This document shows, one piece after another, positions 38,240-47,600 of a stretch of 64,000 bases of DNA. A program made the position numbers and the translations under genes. Position 1 is the stretch's first letter. Every line of letters starts with the position of its first letter. The stretch lies in assembly GCA_041651255.1 (NCBI GenBank), contig JBAZJP010000005.1, positions 24,405 through 88,404 of the forward strand, given 5' to 3'. This stretch comes from Sulfuriferula sp. (lineage in GTDB: Bacteria; Pseudomonadota; Gammaproteobacteria; Burkholderiales; Sulfuriferulaceae). The notes beneath the pieces were generated by a model. The model saw only the letters and a list, made by a program, of their open reading frames with translations, had not been told where the DNA came from and did not search any database.

Positions 38240-41103
38240 TGCGAACCTCCTGCTTTTGTCCAAACTGGCGATTGCCGCCGCGCAAAAAACAGATTTATTG
38301 ATTCGATGGCGTCCAGCTCATCAATGGAAATGTTGCGTAATGCGCCGCTATCAGGGTGAATTGCTTGGTATTCAAGACCGAGTTGGCTAAATCGCTCCAG
38401 CCAGTCTTGCGATGTGATATTGGTCCGTTTCAAGTGGGAGTTGCCAAATTCTGCAATGATAGCGATGTCTTTATTCTGCTTTATCAGTGATTCAGCCCCA
38501 GCCAATACTTCAAGCTCGGCACCTTCTGCATCAATTTTAATGAGGTGCGCAAATGGCGCGTTTGCCATGATTTGATCTATTGTTGTGGTGCGCACGGTAA
38601 CTGGTTCGATGTCTATTCTGGATGCTTCGTCGAGCGGGAAGAGAGAATGGTGGCCGCTGGTTGCACCTAGATACAAGGTGCGTTCACGCTGTTCGTCAGA
38701 TGCGGCAATGCAGTGTATTTCAACCATATTTTTAAAACCATTCATCCAGATGGTTTTTTCCAGTAGGCGTGCTGTCGGAGGGTAAGGTTCGAATGCAATC
38801 ACACGTCCTTGTCCACGCATGCTCTTCGCAGCCGCAAGGGTGTGCATCCCAACATTTGCACCCACATCAATAAAGATGTCGCCTGGGCTGAGAATATGCT
38901 GAATCAAATGTCGTGTGCCTGGTTCCAGTTCGCCGCTTTCGATGAGTGCTGCAATCAGGGCATGATCTTCACTAGCGCATAAAACATAGCCGACACTGGT
39001 TCTTACCATGAGGGCATCCGTTCCGAAAGGAACGGCTACACGGCGAGCAGCAGTCAGCCCATAAAGCTCAATGCGACCAAGCTGAGGATTCAGTTGATCT
39101 AATTGTAGGTGCAGCTGTTCCTGAGCAGTTATGGACTCAGCCAGTTGAGCCAGGATGGTGGTGTTATCTTCTTTCAGTGTTTGCGGTAGCGAAACATTCA
39201 AGTATTCAGCGACTTGCTGTACACGGTAGGTCATGTCAGCCTGGATGTTGGATAGTGTCGCTAACATCTCGCTTGTATGCTTATGCACGTCGTTGGATAC
39301 GGTTGAGCTTTCTTTGCTGATTAAGGCTGCAGTGTTAACTGCATGTTGGCCTAGTTGCAGGCGCAACTGTTCCTGAGCAGTTATGGACTCAGCCAGTTGA
39401 GCCAGGATGGTGGTGTTATCTTCCTTCAGTGTTTGCGGAAGCGAAACATTCAAGTATTCAGCGACCTGTTGTACACGGTTGGTCATGTCAGCCTGGATGT
39501 TGGATAGTGTCGCTAACATCTCGTTTGTAAGCTTATGCACGTCGTTGGATACGGTAGAACTTTCTTTACTGATTAAAGCTGCAGTGTTAACTGCATGTTG
39601 ACTTAGTTGTAGGCGTAGCTGTTCCTGAGCTTGATCTCCCAATATAAGCCGTGCCAGGATTGTCGTTTTGATCTCGTCAATGGATTGTGGTAAAGATGTA
39701 TTTAGTTGCTCAGCAGCTTCCTGTGCCTGGCGGGTTAGGTCTGCTTGCGTCTTAATTAGCGCAGTTTGTACGCTATGAGAAAAGTTGTTTATTTCGTGCA
39801 ACAAGGTTGTATGCTCTTGGCCAATCAAGGATGCTGTCTCATAGGCGAGCTTGTCTAGTTGTTGATGAAGCCGCTTTTGTGCTGTTTCAGCTTTCAAGAG
39901 AGACGCTAATATTGTTGCTTTGATATCCTCAGCTGTTTGTGGCAACGATGCACTTAATTGCGAAGTCGCTTCTTGCACCAGGCGGGCAAGGTTCATTTGA
40001 GTTTTAGTTAGCGCTGTTTGCGCATCGTTTGCAACTTTGCTAATTCTGTAAGATAAGGCTGCGTGCTCTTGATCAATCAAAGTCGTTGTTTCTTTGCTGA
40101 GCTTGTCGACTTGTTGCGCCAGAGTCAATGTTGCGGTTTGCCCATCTTTGAGTTCTGCTCTGATTGTCGCGACATCGGATTGTTGTTGTGAATTAATTCG
40201 TTGTATTGATAGCTCTATGCCTTGCAAGCGTTGACGGCTATCTGCGACTGCTGAGGGTAGTGTAAGTGTATCGATTGCCCATTTGATAAAGGGCATATTT
40301 CTTAGTTTGTGTAGCCAGGATGCCGCTGTTAACCCCGCCACTCGATTCGAGATAACTCTATCCCTGTTGGATGTTTTGATCTCGGAGAGGATGGAGAGTT
40401 TGCTGCGGCCATTTCTTAGTTGTGTCAAATAATGTTCGAAGTTCTGTTGGTCTGGCAAGCGACCGAGAACCGATTGAAATGCATGATTAATAAACTGGAC
40501 ATCATCATAAACAAGTAATTCGTTTAGATGGACGCGTGAAATTGCGCAGATTAATTCAATTAACCACCCAAGAACAGGCACGCGTCGATATTTTAGTAGC
40601 AGGTATGTCCAGCGCAGTTTTTTATACCACTTTTTGGCAATTTCAGTTTCTCCAGAGGCCGCTAGCTGTCCCAGAATTTGGATGCGAGAGATGCCGTCAT
40701 TTAATCGTTGATTAAAATAATGCAATCCAGTCGGGTCTGGTGTTCTATCTAGTATTTCTAAGTAAGCAGCGTTGATAAATTTTTCACCGTCTAATGACAA
40801 TAGGCGCGGTAGTCTGATGTGTATTTGCGAAGTGGGGTCAAACAATGGGCTGGTTGATGTCTGCTCGTGACTCAAGTCATGAGTTGTAATTTTTTCGGGT
40901 TGTGATTGGGGTTCGCAAGGGGAGGCGTTTTCTTTAACTTGAGGATTGTGCGGGCAACTAAGTGCGTTGATGGCTGGGCTGCGCATCTGATGATTGAGAA
41001 TATCTCCCATGCTTGGATCATGTATCGTCATCTTTTTTGGTCGGGATGTGCGATTGTGAATGCTGTCGTTATTCATTTTGTCAAGGGTTGAGGGATGTTT
41101 CAC
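38236..41103 (-). CDS. FkbM-family methyltransferase with two N-terminal DUF4214-like modules and a 4x84-aa helical repeat stalk
   Basis: C-terminal IDVGANVG, AFEP, IKIDAEGAELEVL-x-G. Two F-x3-(Y/F)-x3-L-x-R-x-PD modules. Start codon uncertain. Confidence 0.85.
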   Translation of the reverse strand: MKHPSTLDKMNNDSIHNRTSRPKKMTIHDPSMGDILNHQMRSPAINALSCPHNPQVKENASPCEPQSQPEKITTHDLSHEQTSTSPLFDPTSQIHIRLPRLLSLDGEKFINAAYLEILDRTPDPTGLHYFNQRLNDGISRIQILGQLAASGETEIAKKWYKKLRWTYLLLKYRRVPVLGWLIELICAISRVHLNELLVYDDVQFINHAFQSVLGRLPDQQNFEHYLTQLRNGRSKLSILSEIKTSNRDRVISNRVAGLTAASWLHKLRNMPFIKWAIDTLTLPSAVADSRQRLQGIELSIQRINSQQQSDVATIRAELKDGQTATLTLAQQVDKLSKETTTLIDQEHAALSYRISKVANDAQTALTKTQMNLARLVQEATSQLSASLPQTAEDIKATILASLLKAETAQKRLHQQLDKLAYETASLIGQEHTTLLHEINNFSHSVQTALIKTQADLTRQAQEAAEQLNTSLPQSIDEIKTTILARLILGDQAQEQLRLQLSQHAVNTAALISKESSTVSNDVHKLTNEMLATLSNIQADMTNRVQQVAEYLNVSLPQTLKEDNTTILAQLAESITAQEQLRLQLGQHAVNTAALISKESSTVSNDVHKHTSEMLATLSNIQADMTYRVQQVAEYLNVSLPQTLKEDNTTILAQLAESITAQEQLHLQLDQLNPQLGRIELYGLTAARRVAVPFGTDALMVRTSVGYVLCASEDHALIAALIESGELEPGTRHLIQHILSPGDIFIDVGANVGMHTLAAAKSMRGQGRVIAFEPYPPTARLLEKTIWMNGFKNMVEIHCIAASDEQRERTLYLGATSGHHSLFPLDEASRIDIEPVTVRTTTIDQIMANAPFAHLIKIDAEGAELEVLAGAESLIKQNKDIAIIAEFGNSHLKRTNITSQDWLERFSQLGLEYQAIHPDSGALRNISIDELDAIESINLFFARRQSPVWTKAGGSQ
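39121..40128. repeat. Intragenic tandem repeat, 4 x 252 bp (84 aa)
   Basis: ctgagcagttatggactcagccag occurs at 39121 and 39373 (252 bp apart). Two near-identical units are preceded in the protein by two diverged units of exactly 84 aa, each containing SLPQ and ending AQ. Confidence 0.92.
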
Positions 41104-41467
41104 ATAGTGGAGCCATAATTATGTTTTCAAATAATGTCGTGTGTTTTTTCGAGCTTGATAACATCAGTGGCGTATTGCTATCCCTAGTGATTATGTTTTT
41201 GATTACCTAATGAGCAATATAATTTTTTATTGCTGGTTGTAAATATTGAATGATTATATTACAAACAAATGGCTTGGTGTTTCTTTGTAACCTATCTGCT
41301 AGGTTGATAATTGGGTTATGCAGCTTAGTCCAATATGCAATATGGTGATTGTGAAATAAGTTGTTTTTAACTGTTGCGTTTGAAGTTTTATGTAGGACGC
41401 TATTACCTGTTGAGGGTGCTGTCAGGTAATCTACATTGTTCAAATGCTGGTCTCATCCTGATAAATG

Positions 41468-41505
41468 AAAACGCTGAATTTCAATCTCGAAATTCAGCGT
41501 TTTTT
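41468..41505. terminator. Intrinsic (rho-independent) terminator, potentially bidirectional
   Basis: AAAACGCTGAATTTC-aatctc-GAAATTCAGCGTTTTTT: perfect inverted repeat, 21 bp past the stop of 41527..41871. Confidence 0.85.
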
Positions 41506-41526
41506 GCCGCTTATACACTTTAGTTA

Positions 41527-41871
41527 TTAAGCTTGGGTGCTAACACTATCAGTGGTGAGGCTTTGGCTTGCTAGTTGAGAAAGCGTTTGCAAGTAATCAG
41601 CAGCTGTTGCATAGGTGTTGCCTTGTAGGCTTTGCGATAGTTGCATTATATCCGCTCCAGCCTGCTGAGATTGAGCGATGCTCTGTACGGATGCTTTAGC
41701 TTGTTGGCGATTTTGGACAGCATCTGTACTAGTTACGTTAGATAACGTTTGTGCGAAAGATGCGCCACCAGATTGAGTAGTGCTTTGAGTTGATGTTTTA
41801 CGATCTTGCATTAAGCATGCAGCGCCAGTTTTGTAGGCACCAGTCCCTATATATCCAGGATTAACAGGCAT
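41527..41871 (-). CDS. Small Q/S/T/A-rich hypothetical protein
   Basis: AAGGAG RBS 6 nt before the ATG; own terminator downstream. Confidence 0.7.
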   Translation of the reverse strand: MPVNPGYIGTGAYKTGAACLMQDRKTSTQSTTQSGGASFAQTLSNVTSTDAVQNRQQAKASVQSIAQSQQAGADIMQLSQSLQGNTYATAADYLQTLSQLASQSLTTDSVSTQA

Positions 41872-42253
41872 TTTATTCTCCTTAAATTAAACTAAAAAAG
41901 TTGAAGTGGTTGAGTGAAGCGCTTTCAGTTTAGAATAATTTGTAATTAATTTAAGGGTGGAATAAGGGGGGGAATCCCATTCTGTTCATGGAAATAAAAT
42001 GTAACGCTGAGCTATGATTTCATGGATTAATTCTGCCAGGTTAAGTTGGCGTTTTTCTGATAGGTAAGATGCATTGGTAATTTTTAAATTTATCTTTAAA
42101 TATTTAAAAAACAGTGTTTGTTAATTTGTATGTGTCGGAAGTCTTGCGTGAATGATTTCGCGGCCCTGTAGAAGGTGGCTGGCCATATTTTATGTTTAGG
42201 CTGCTTTAATCTAGCTTGACCCACTATCTGGCGAATGTTAGTTTCTGTCCATT

Positions 42254-43405
42254 ATGAAAATCTTAATAGATGTTACTCGTTTGGTGAGTCGTTTTATGGA
42301 CGGGCGTTTGCCAACTGGGGTAGATAGAGTCGGGCTGGCGTATGTGCGGCATTATGGTGTGCGAGCGCAGGCAGTGGTGCGTTGGGCGGGGCGGCTGTGG
42401 GTGTTGCCACGTGTGCAATCAGCGGCGTTGTTTGCCTGGTTGGCGAATCCTGTTGACTCACGTGGTGCGGTGTGGATTATTACGCGTGGCATTATGGCGG
42501 GTGGCTGGCTACAGGATGTGGCAGGGAGTATTTTGCTGAATACCGGGCACACGGGTTTGCATGAGAGTGCGTATGTGACCATGCTGTGTAAATTGGGTGT
42601 GCACCCTGTGTTTTTGGTGCATGATCTGATCCCGATTACTCACCCGGAATATTGCCGCGCGGGTGAGGATGAGAAGCATCGGCGGCGTATGCAGCATGTG
42701 CTGACCTTGGGGTGCGGTGTGGTGGCGATTTCGCAAGCTACATTGAATGATTTGAGTCAGTTTGCCGCGCAGTTACAGTTACCTATGCCGCCTGCAGTGG
42801 TCGGGTTGTTAGCACCTGGTCCTGCTCATTGTGTGGCAAGTACGCGCCCAGTGGCCGAACCATATTTTGTAGTATTGAGCACCATAGAACCACGTAAAAA
42901 TCATGTGCTGTTATTACAGGTGTGGCGGCGTCTGGTTGAGCAATATGGCGAACACGCGCCGCGCTTGGTGGTGATAGGGCAGCGTGGTTGGGAGTGTGAG
43001 AATGTGGTGGATTTGCTGGAGCGCTGTGCTGTGCTTAAGGGGGTTGTGATTGAGCTGGCAGATTGCTCGGATGCAGTATTGGTGAATTATTTGCATCATG
43101 CTCAGGCCCTGTTGTTTCCTTCTTTTGTTGAGGGTTATGGTATGCCGCTGGTTGAGGCGTTGGCGTTGGGTCTGCCGGTGATTGCCAGTGATTTGGAAGT
43201 GTTTCATGAGATTGCTGCGGATATTCCTGAATATATTGATCCGCTGGATGGGCTGCGCTGGGCGGAACGGGTGATGGATTACGCACAGCCGAATAGCGAA
43301 TCACGCGCAGCGCAGTTGCAGCGTATATCGCATTTCAAGACGCCAGCTTGGGCGGATCATTTTGCCAAGGTTGATGCTCTGTTAGAGGTTGTCGGAAATG
43401 CCTAA
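42254..43405 (+). CDS. wcbB: GT4 glycosyltransferase, WcbB-like
   Basis: IDVTRL..PTGVDRV, HDLIP-x-THPEY, TIEPRKNH, EGYGMPLVEA. Directly upstream of the kpsC-like gene, as in wcb loci. Confidence 0.8.
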   Translation: MKILIDVTRLVSRFMDGRLPTGVDRVGLAYVRHYGVRAQAVVRWAGRLWVLPRVQSAALFAWLANPVDSRGAVWIITRGIMAGGWLQDVAGSILLNTGHTGLHESAYVTMLCKLGVHPVFLVHDLIPITHPEYCRAGEDEKHRRRMQHVLTLGCGVVAISQATLNDLSQFAAQLQLPMPPAVVGLLAPGPAHCVASTRPVAEPYFVVLSTIEPRKNHVLLLQVWRRLVEQYGEHAPRLVVIGQRGWECENVVDLLERCAVLKGVVIELADCSDAVLVNYLHHAQALLFPSFVEGYGMPLVEALALGLPVIASDLEVFHEIAADIPEYIDPLDGLRWAERVMDYAQPNSESRAAQLQRISHFKTPAWADHFAKVDALLEVVGNA

Positions 43406-44459
43406 GCAAAAAGATTTAACTATGCAGCATATTATTAATGCTGAAGTGCTGGGAATTTATCAGTTTCCCTACTGGAAACATCCTGTGGTGAAGCAGTGTT
43501 TCCCTGCATTTCGGGTGGTATTTATTGAATCCATAGATAAATTGCCGGTGGGTGCGATCCTGGTGTTGTGGGGGATGCGTCCTGTACCAGAGGGCGTGAC
43601 TAAAGATGTGCAGGTTTGGCGAATGGAAGATGGCTTTCTGCGCTCCGTAGGTTTGGGTGCGGATTTGATACGCCCGATGTCGTGGATAGTCGATCAGCAA
43701 GGTATTTACTATGATGCGACGCGGGTATCGGATTTGGAACAGCTATTGGCGCAGACACAGTTTGATGAGGCTCTGCTAGCCAGAGCTGCTGATTTGCGCG
43801 CACGCGTAGTAGCGACTGGGCTGACAAAATATAATGTAGGTGCAGGAAAATGGCAGCGACTTGCGAATGCGGCACGAGTGATCCTGGTGCCCGGGCAGGT
43901 GGAGAGTGACGCATCGTTGGCGTTTGGCGCGCCTGGTGAGCGCACCAATATAGGATTGTTGCAGGCAGTACGGTCTGCGCATCCCGATGCGTATGTGGTG
44001 TATAAGCCACACCCCGATGTTTATGCGCGATTGCGTGCTGAGGGTCAGAATGAGCAGAGTGCCTATCGCTGGTGCGATGAGGTGGTGACCGATGTGGCTA
44101 TGGGGGATTTGCTCACCATGGTTGATGAAGTGCATGTGATTACGTCTTTGGCAGGCTTTGAGGCGCTGTTGCGTGGTAAACCCGTGACTTGCTACGGCCA
44201 GCCATTCTATGCTGGCTGGGGTTTGACGCAGGATGTGATGCCGATAGCTCGGCGTAGTCGACGTTTGAGTTTAGACGAGTTAGTGGCGGCAGTGTTGATT
44301 TTGTATCCGCTGTATTTGAGCCGTGATGGTAAGCATTTGATTACGCCAGAACAGGCATTAAATGAGCTATCTGTTTGGCTGGCACATACCGGTGGTCGTG
44401 TAACCATATGGCGTAAGTTTATCAGGATGTTTCTGCGGCAGATTATTGGCGTGCGTTAA
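43398..44459 (+). CDS. kpsC: KpsC/WcbA-family beta-Kdo transferase, single-domain (about half length)
   Basis: EDGFLRSVGLGA, GIYYDAT, PGQVESDAS, YKPHPDV, SLAGFEALLRG, PFYAGWGLT-x-D. Start ATG 43398 with AGAGG RBS. Confidence 0.85.
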   Translation: MPKQKDLTMQHIINAEVLGIYQFPYWKHPVVKQCFPAFRVVFIESIDKLPVGAILVLWGMRPVPEGVTKDVQVWRMEDGFLRSVGLGADLIRPMSWIVDQQGIYYDATRVSDLEQLLAQTQFDEALLARAADLRARVVATGLTKYNVGAGKWQRLANAARVILVPGQVESDASLAFGAPGERTNIGLLQAVRSAHPDAYVVYKPHPDVYARLRAEGQNEQSAYRWCDEVVTDVAMGDLLTMVDEVHVITSLAGFEALLRGKPVTCYGQPFYAGWGLTQDVMPIARRSRRLSLDELVAAVLILYPLYLSRDGKHLITPEQALNELSVWLAHTGGRVTIWRKFIRMFLRQIIGVR

Positions 44460-44627
44460 TACGGAATTTATACTGTATTTCTGATTATTTCATTTTGTTA
44501 CAGTTTGTAACCATGTAATATCCCGACTTCATGTAAGTAACTTGTAATGTAATAGGGCGTTACTTACCTTAATAATTCGTAGATATTGCTCCTAATCGGT
44601 TGGGCAAAACTTATTGGAATGTGGTTC

Positions 44628-47600
44628 ATGGTCAGAATATCAGTACTCCTCACCTCATATAATCATGCCAAATACTTGCGAGAAGCTATCGACAGTGTTT
44701 TGGCGCAGACATTTGCGGATTTTGAATTATTGATTGTGGATGATGGCTCAACCGATGAATCTTGGGAGATTATTGGTAGTTATGCTGACCCTAGGGTACG
44801 TGGGTTTAGAACTGGTGAGCAAAACATTACTACAGCGGTAAACCAATTAATCGCGCAACAGGCTGTAGGTGAATTTATCGCTATTTTTCATTCAGATGAC
44901 GTTTGGCGAACAGATAAGTTGGCTCAGCAAGTTACTTATCTGGACCAGCACACTGAATGTGGCGCGGTGTTTACACAAACAATTGCCTTAGATGAGGGTG
45001 GTCAGCCACTGTCTGATGGTGCCGCTGGGATTGCTAGCATCTTTGCACAGCCTAATCGTTCTCGTCAGCAATGGCTTAGATATTTTTTCTACCAAATGAA
45101 TGCGTTATGTCATCCCAGTGTGTTGATACGCAAACAGTGTTATCTCGACATAGGTTTTTATCGCGAAACCATGTGGGCGCTGGATGATTTTGATTTGTGG
45201 GTCAGGTTGTGTTTGCGTTACGAAATTCACGTGCTTGAAGATGCGCTGACTTGCTTCCGCGTACGTGCGGATCATGGAAATGTCAGCGGCAATAAAATTG
45301 GAACGCATGTACGTACTGCGACGGAATTCTTTTTCGTGCTGCGCCACTATTTGACCATAGATAGTTTTGAAGAGCTGGTACATATCTTCCCCGAGGCACA
45401 GGTTTATTATCGTGCCGAGGGTTGCGAGCCGCATTTTGTGCTGGCGATGATGGCGTTAGCACAACAGGCTTTCCCGCAAACGCAATTATTCGGTCTGTCT
45501 CTGTTGTTCGATTTGCTGGAGGATGCGGAATCTGCCCGTCGTATTGATGTGCTCTATGGGTTTAAACCTGCTGACTTTCACGCGCTGAAAGTACAGCATG
45601 ATGTGTTTCGTGTTAAGCAATTGCATGAGGCAGAGCAGAAGATTGCGATGTTGGAAACTGCTTCACCTGCCGCACCAGCCATACATTCAGTGGCGTCGTT
45701 AAATGATGTTGTGCGCTTGTGGGGTGATGATCCACGGCTTTTCAGCCAAGTCGGTGTGCGCACGATCTGGGGGGATTTGGAAACAACAGGTCAAGCTGGT
45801 TATCTGATGTATGGGCCGTATTTACCTTTTGCTAAAGGGCATTATCAGGTTGTCGTGCGTGGTTCGGTAGGGCGAGCTGGGGCGCGATTTGATGTGACAG
45901 CCGTTCATGGTAGTCAAACTATAGTCGCGATGGACATAGTGGAAGCTGATGAGACGGGATGCCTGGTTCGCATACTCATAGAATTGACAGACGATTGTAC
46001 TGATCTGGAATGCCGTATTAGCGTTAGTGCAGAATGCAATTTGAGAGTGGCTATGCTGGAAATCACACCATTGCAGTTTGCTGATACGGCAATGACAGGT
46101 ACTCGACCCACACAATTACCCGTTGATATATCAGTATGCCGCCCGTTGCGAATTATGCTGATGGGTAATTGTCAGTCATTAGTTTTGGCCACTTTGATAG
46201 GTATGATGGCAAGTGAGGTAGTTGAAGCAAAAGGTTGGAAGTGGACGCAGGAATTTCGCCAGCGACTGTTAAATAGCGATGCTGAATTGATGGATTGGCT
46301 ATTAAATAGTGACCTGATTTTATTGCACAAAGAAGGTGGTTTTTATCAATGGTTTGAACAGCACTATCCCAATTTGCGATTTAAGGTTCGTTATATACCA
46401 AGTATTTCTTTTGGTGCGTGGCATCCTGATTTGGATCTTATTTCTATTGGGCAAGAGGAGGCTTGTGGGTATGTTGAAGGGTCGATGGGCGCTTGTCAGT
46501 CTACGCTAGCTTTTTATGGTTGGAAACAGGGATGGGATGTCGAACAGACCTTGAATTTGTTTGCGACTGATATTTATGAGCTGATGGGTTATTTTGATGC
46601 TTATGCTGGTTGGAAAGAATTTTTGGTAGAAGAAGGGGTGAGAGGCAACCTTCCTTTGGGGCATCTGATCGATGAGTGGTCGCGCAGGGGGTGCTGGATG
46701 CACTCCATCTACCATCCTAAGTTATTTGTGTTGGTCGATGTGGCGCGTGAATTAATGCTACGTGAACAGATAATGATTAATACGTCGGTTCAGCCAGAAA
46801 CTCTTATAGAGGATGATTTCCTGAATAGTCCAATTTGGCCCATTTATCCCGAAATTGCCGAGCATTATGGTTTGACGGGTGATTATGTGTTTCGCTCAAA
46901 TGAGCGTGAACAAACATTGCGCGAGTTTGTGGTAGATTCTTTTGCCCGCTTTGATCAGTATGGTGGCGCAACGCTGGGTAGCGATATGTATGCTGCAGAG
47001 CAGCTCAAGGTTTTGCATGAGCGTTTGACATTATACCTTGCCCATCGTAAGCCTGTGGATGAGCGCATCATGCCAAAGGCATTGCCTGTGGCAGCCTTAT
47101 CCAACCCCTATCGCAACTTGCCGGATTATCATTTTTGGCGGCGTGCAGTTGAGCAGGTGCCGGTGCAACAACTTGATCCAGTGGTGCGTGCGCGCGTGCA
47201 TTTGCGGGCTGACAGCAAAGTGGCGACTGCGGGCAGTTGTTTCGCACAGCATATTTCCCGCGCTTTGCGGCAACATGGATACAATAATTACATCACTGAA
47301 ACTGGTATAGGACTGAGTGCAGCTGAAGCTGAACAACGCAACTATGGTGTATATTCAGCGCGCTACGGCAATGTTTACACTGCGCGTCAACTGGTACAGT
47401 TGTTTGATCGTGCCTATGGCGACTACGCACCGAGTGAACAAGCTTGGCTGCGTGAAGATGGTCGATTTGTGGACCCCTTCCGGCCACAAATCGAACCTGA
47501 TGGATTTGCACAGATTGAAGCGCTGGAACAATCGCGTGCAGAACAATTTTCTGCCGTACGCGAACTGTTTGAAAATCTTGATGTGTTTGTATTTACACTA

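Noticed and set aside
41207-41443. 78-aa ORF upstream of the FkbM gene
   Set aside because: AT-rich, no motif or clear RBS; more likely promoter/leader DNA, but not excluded.
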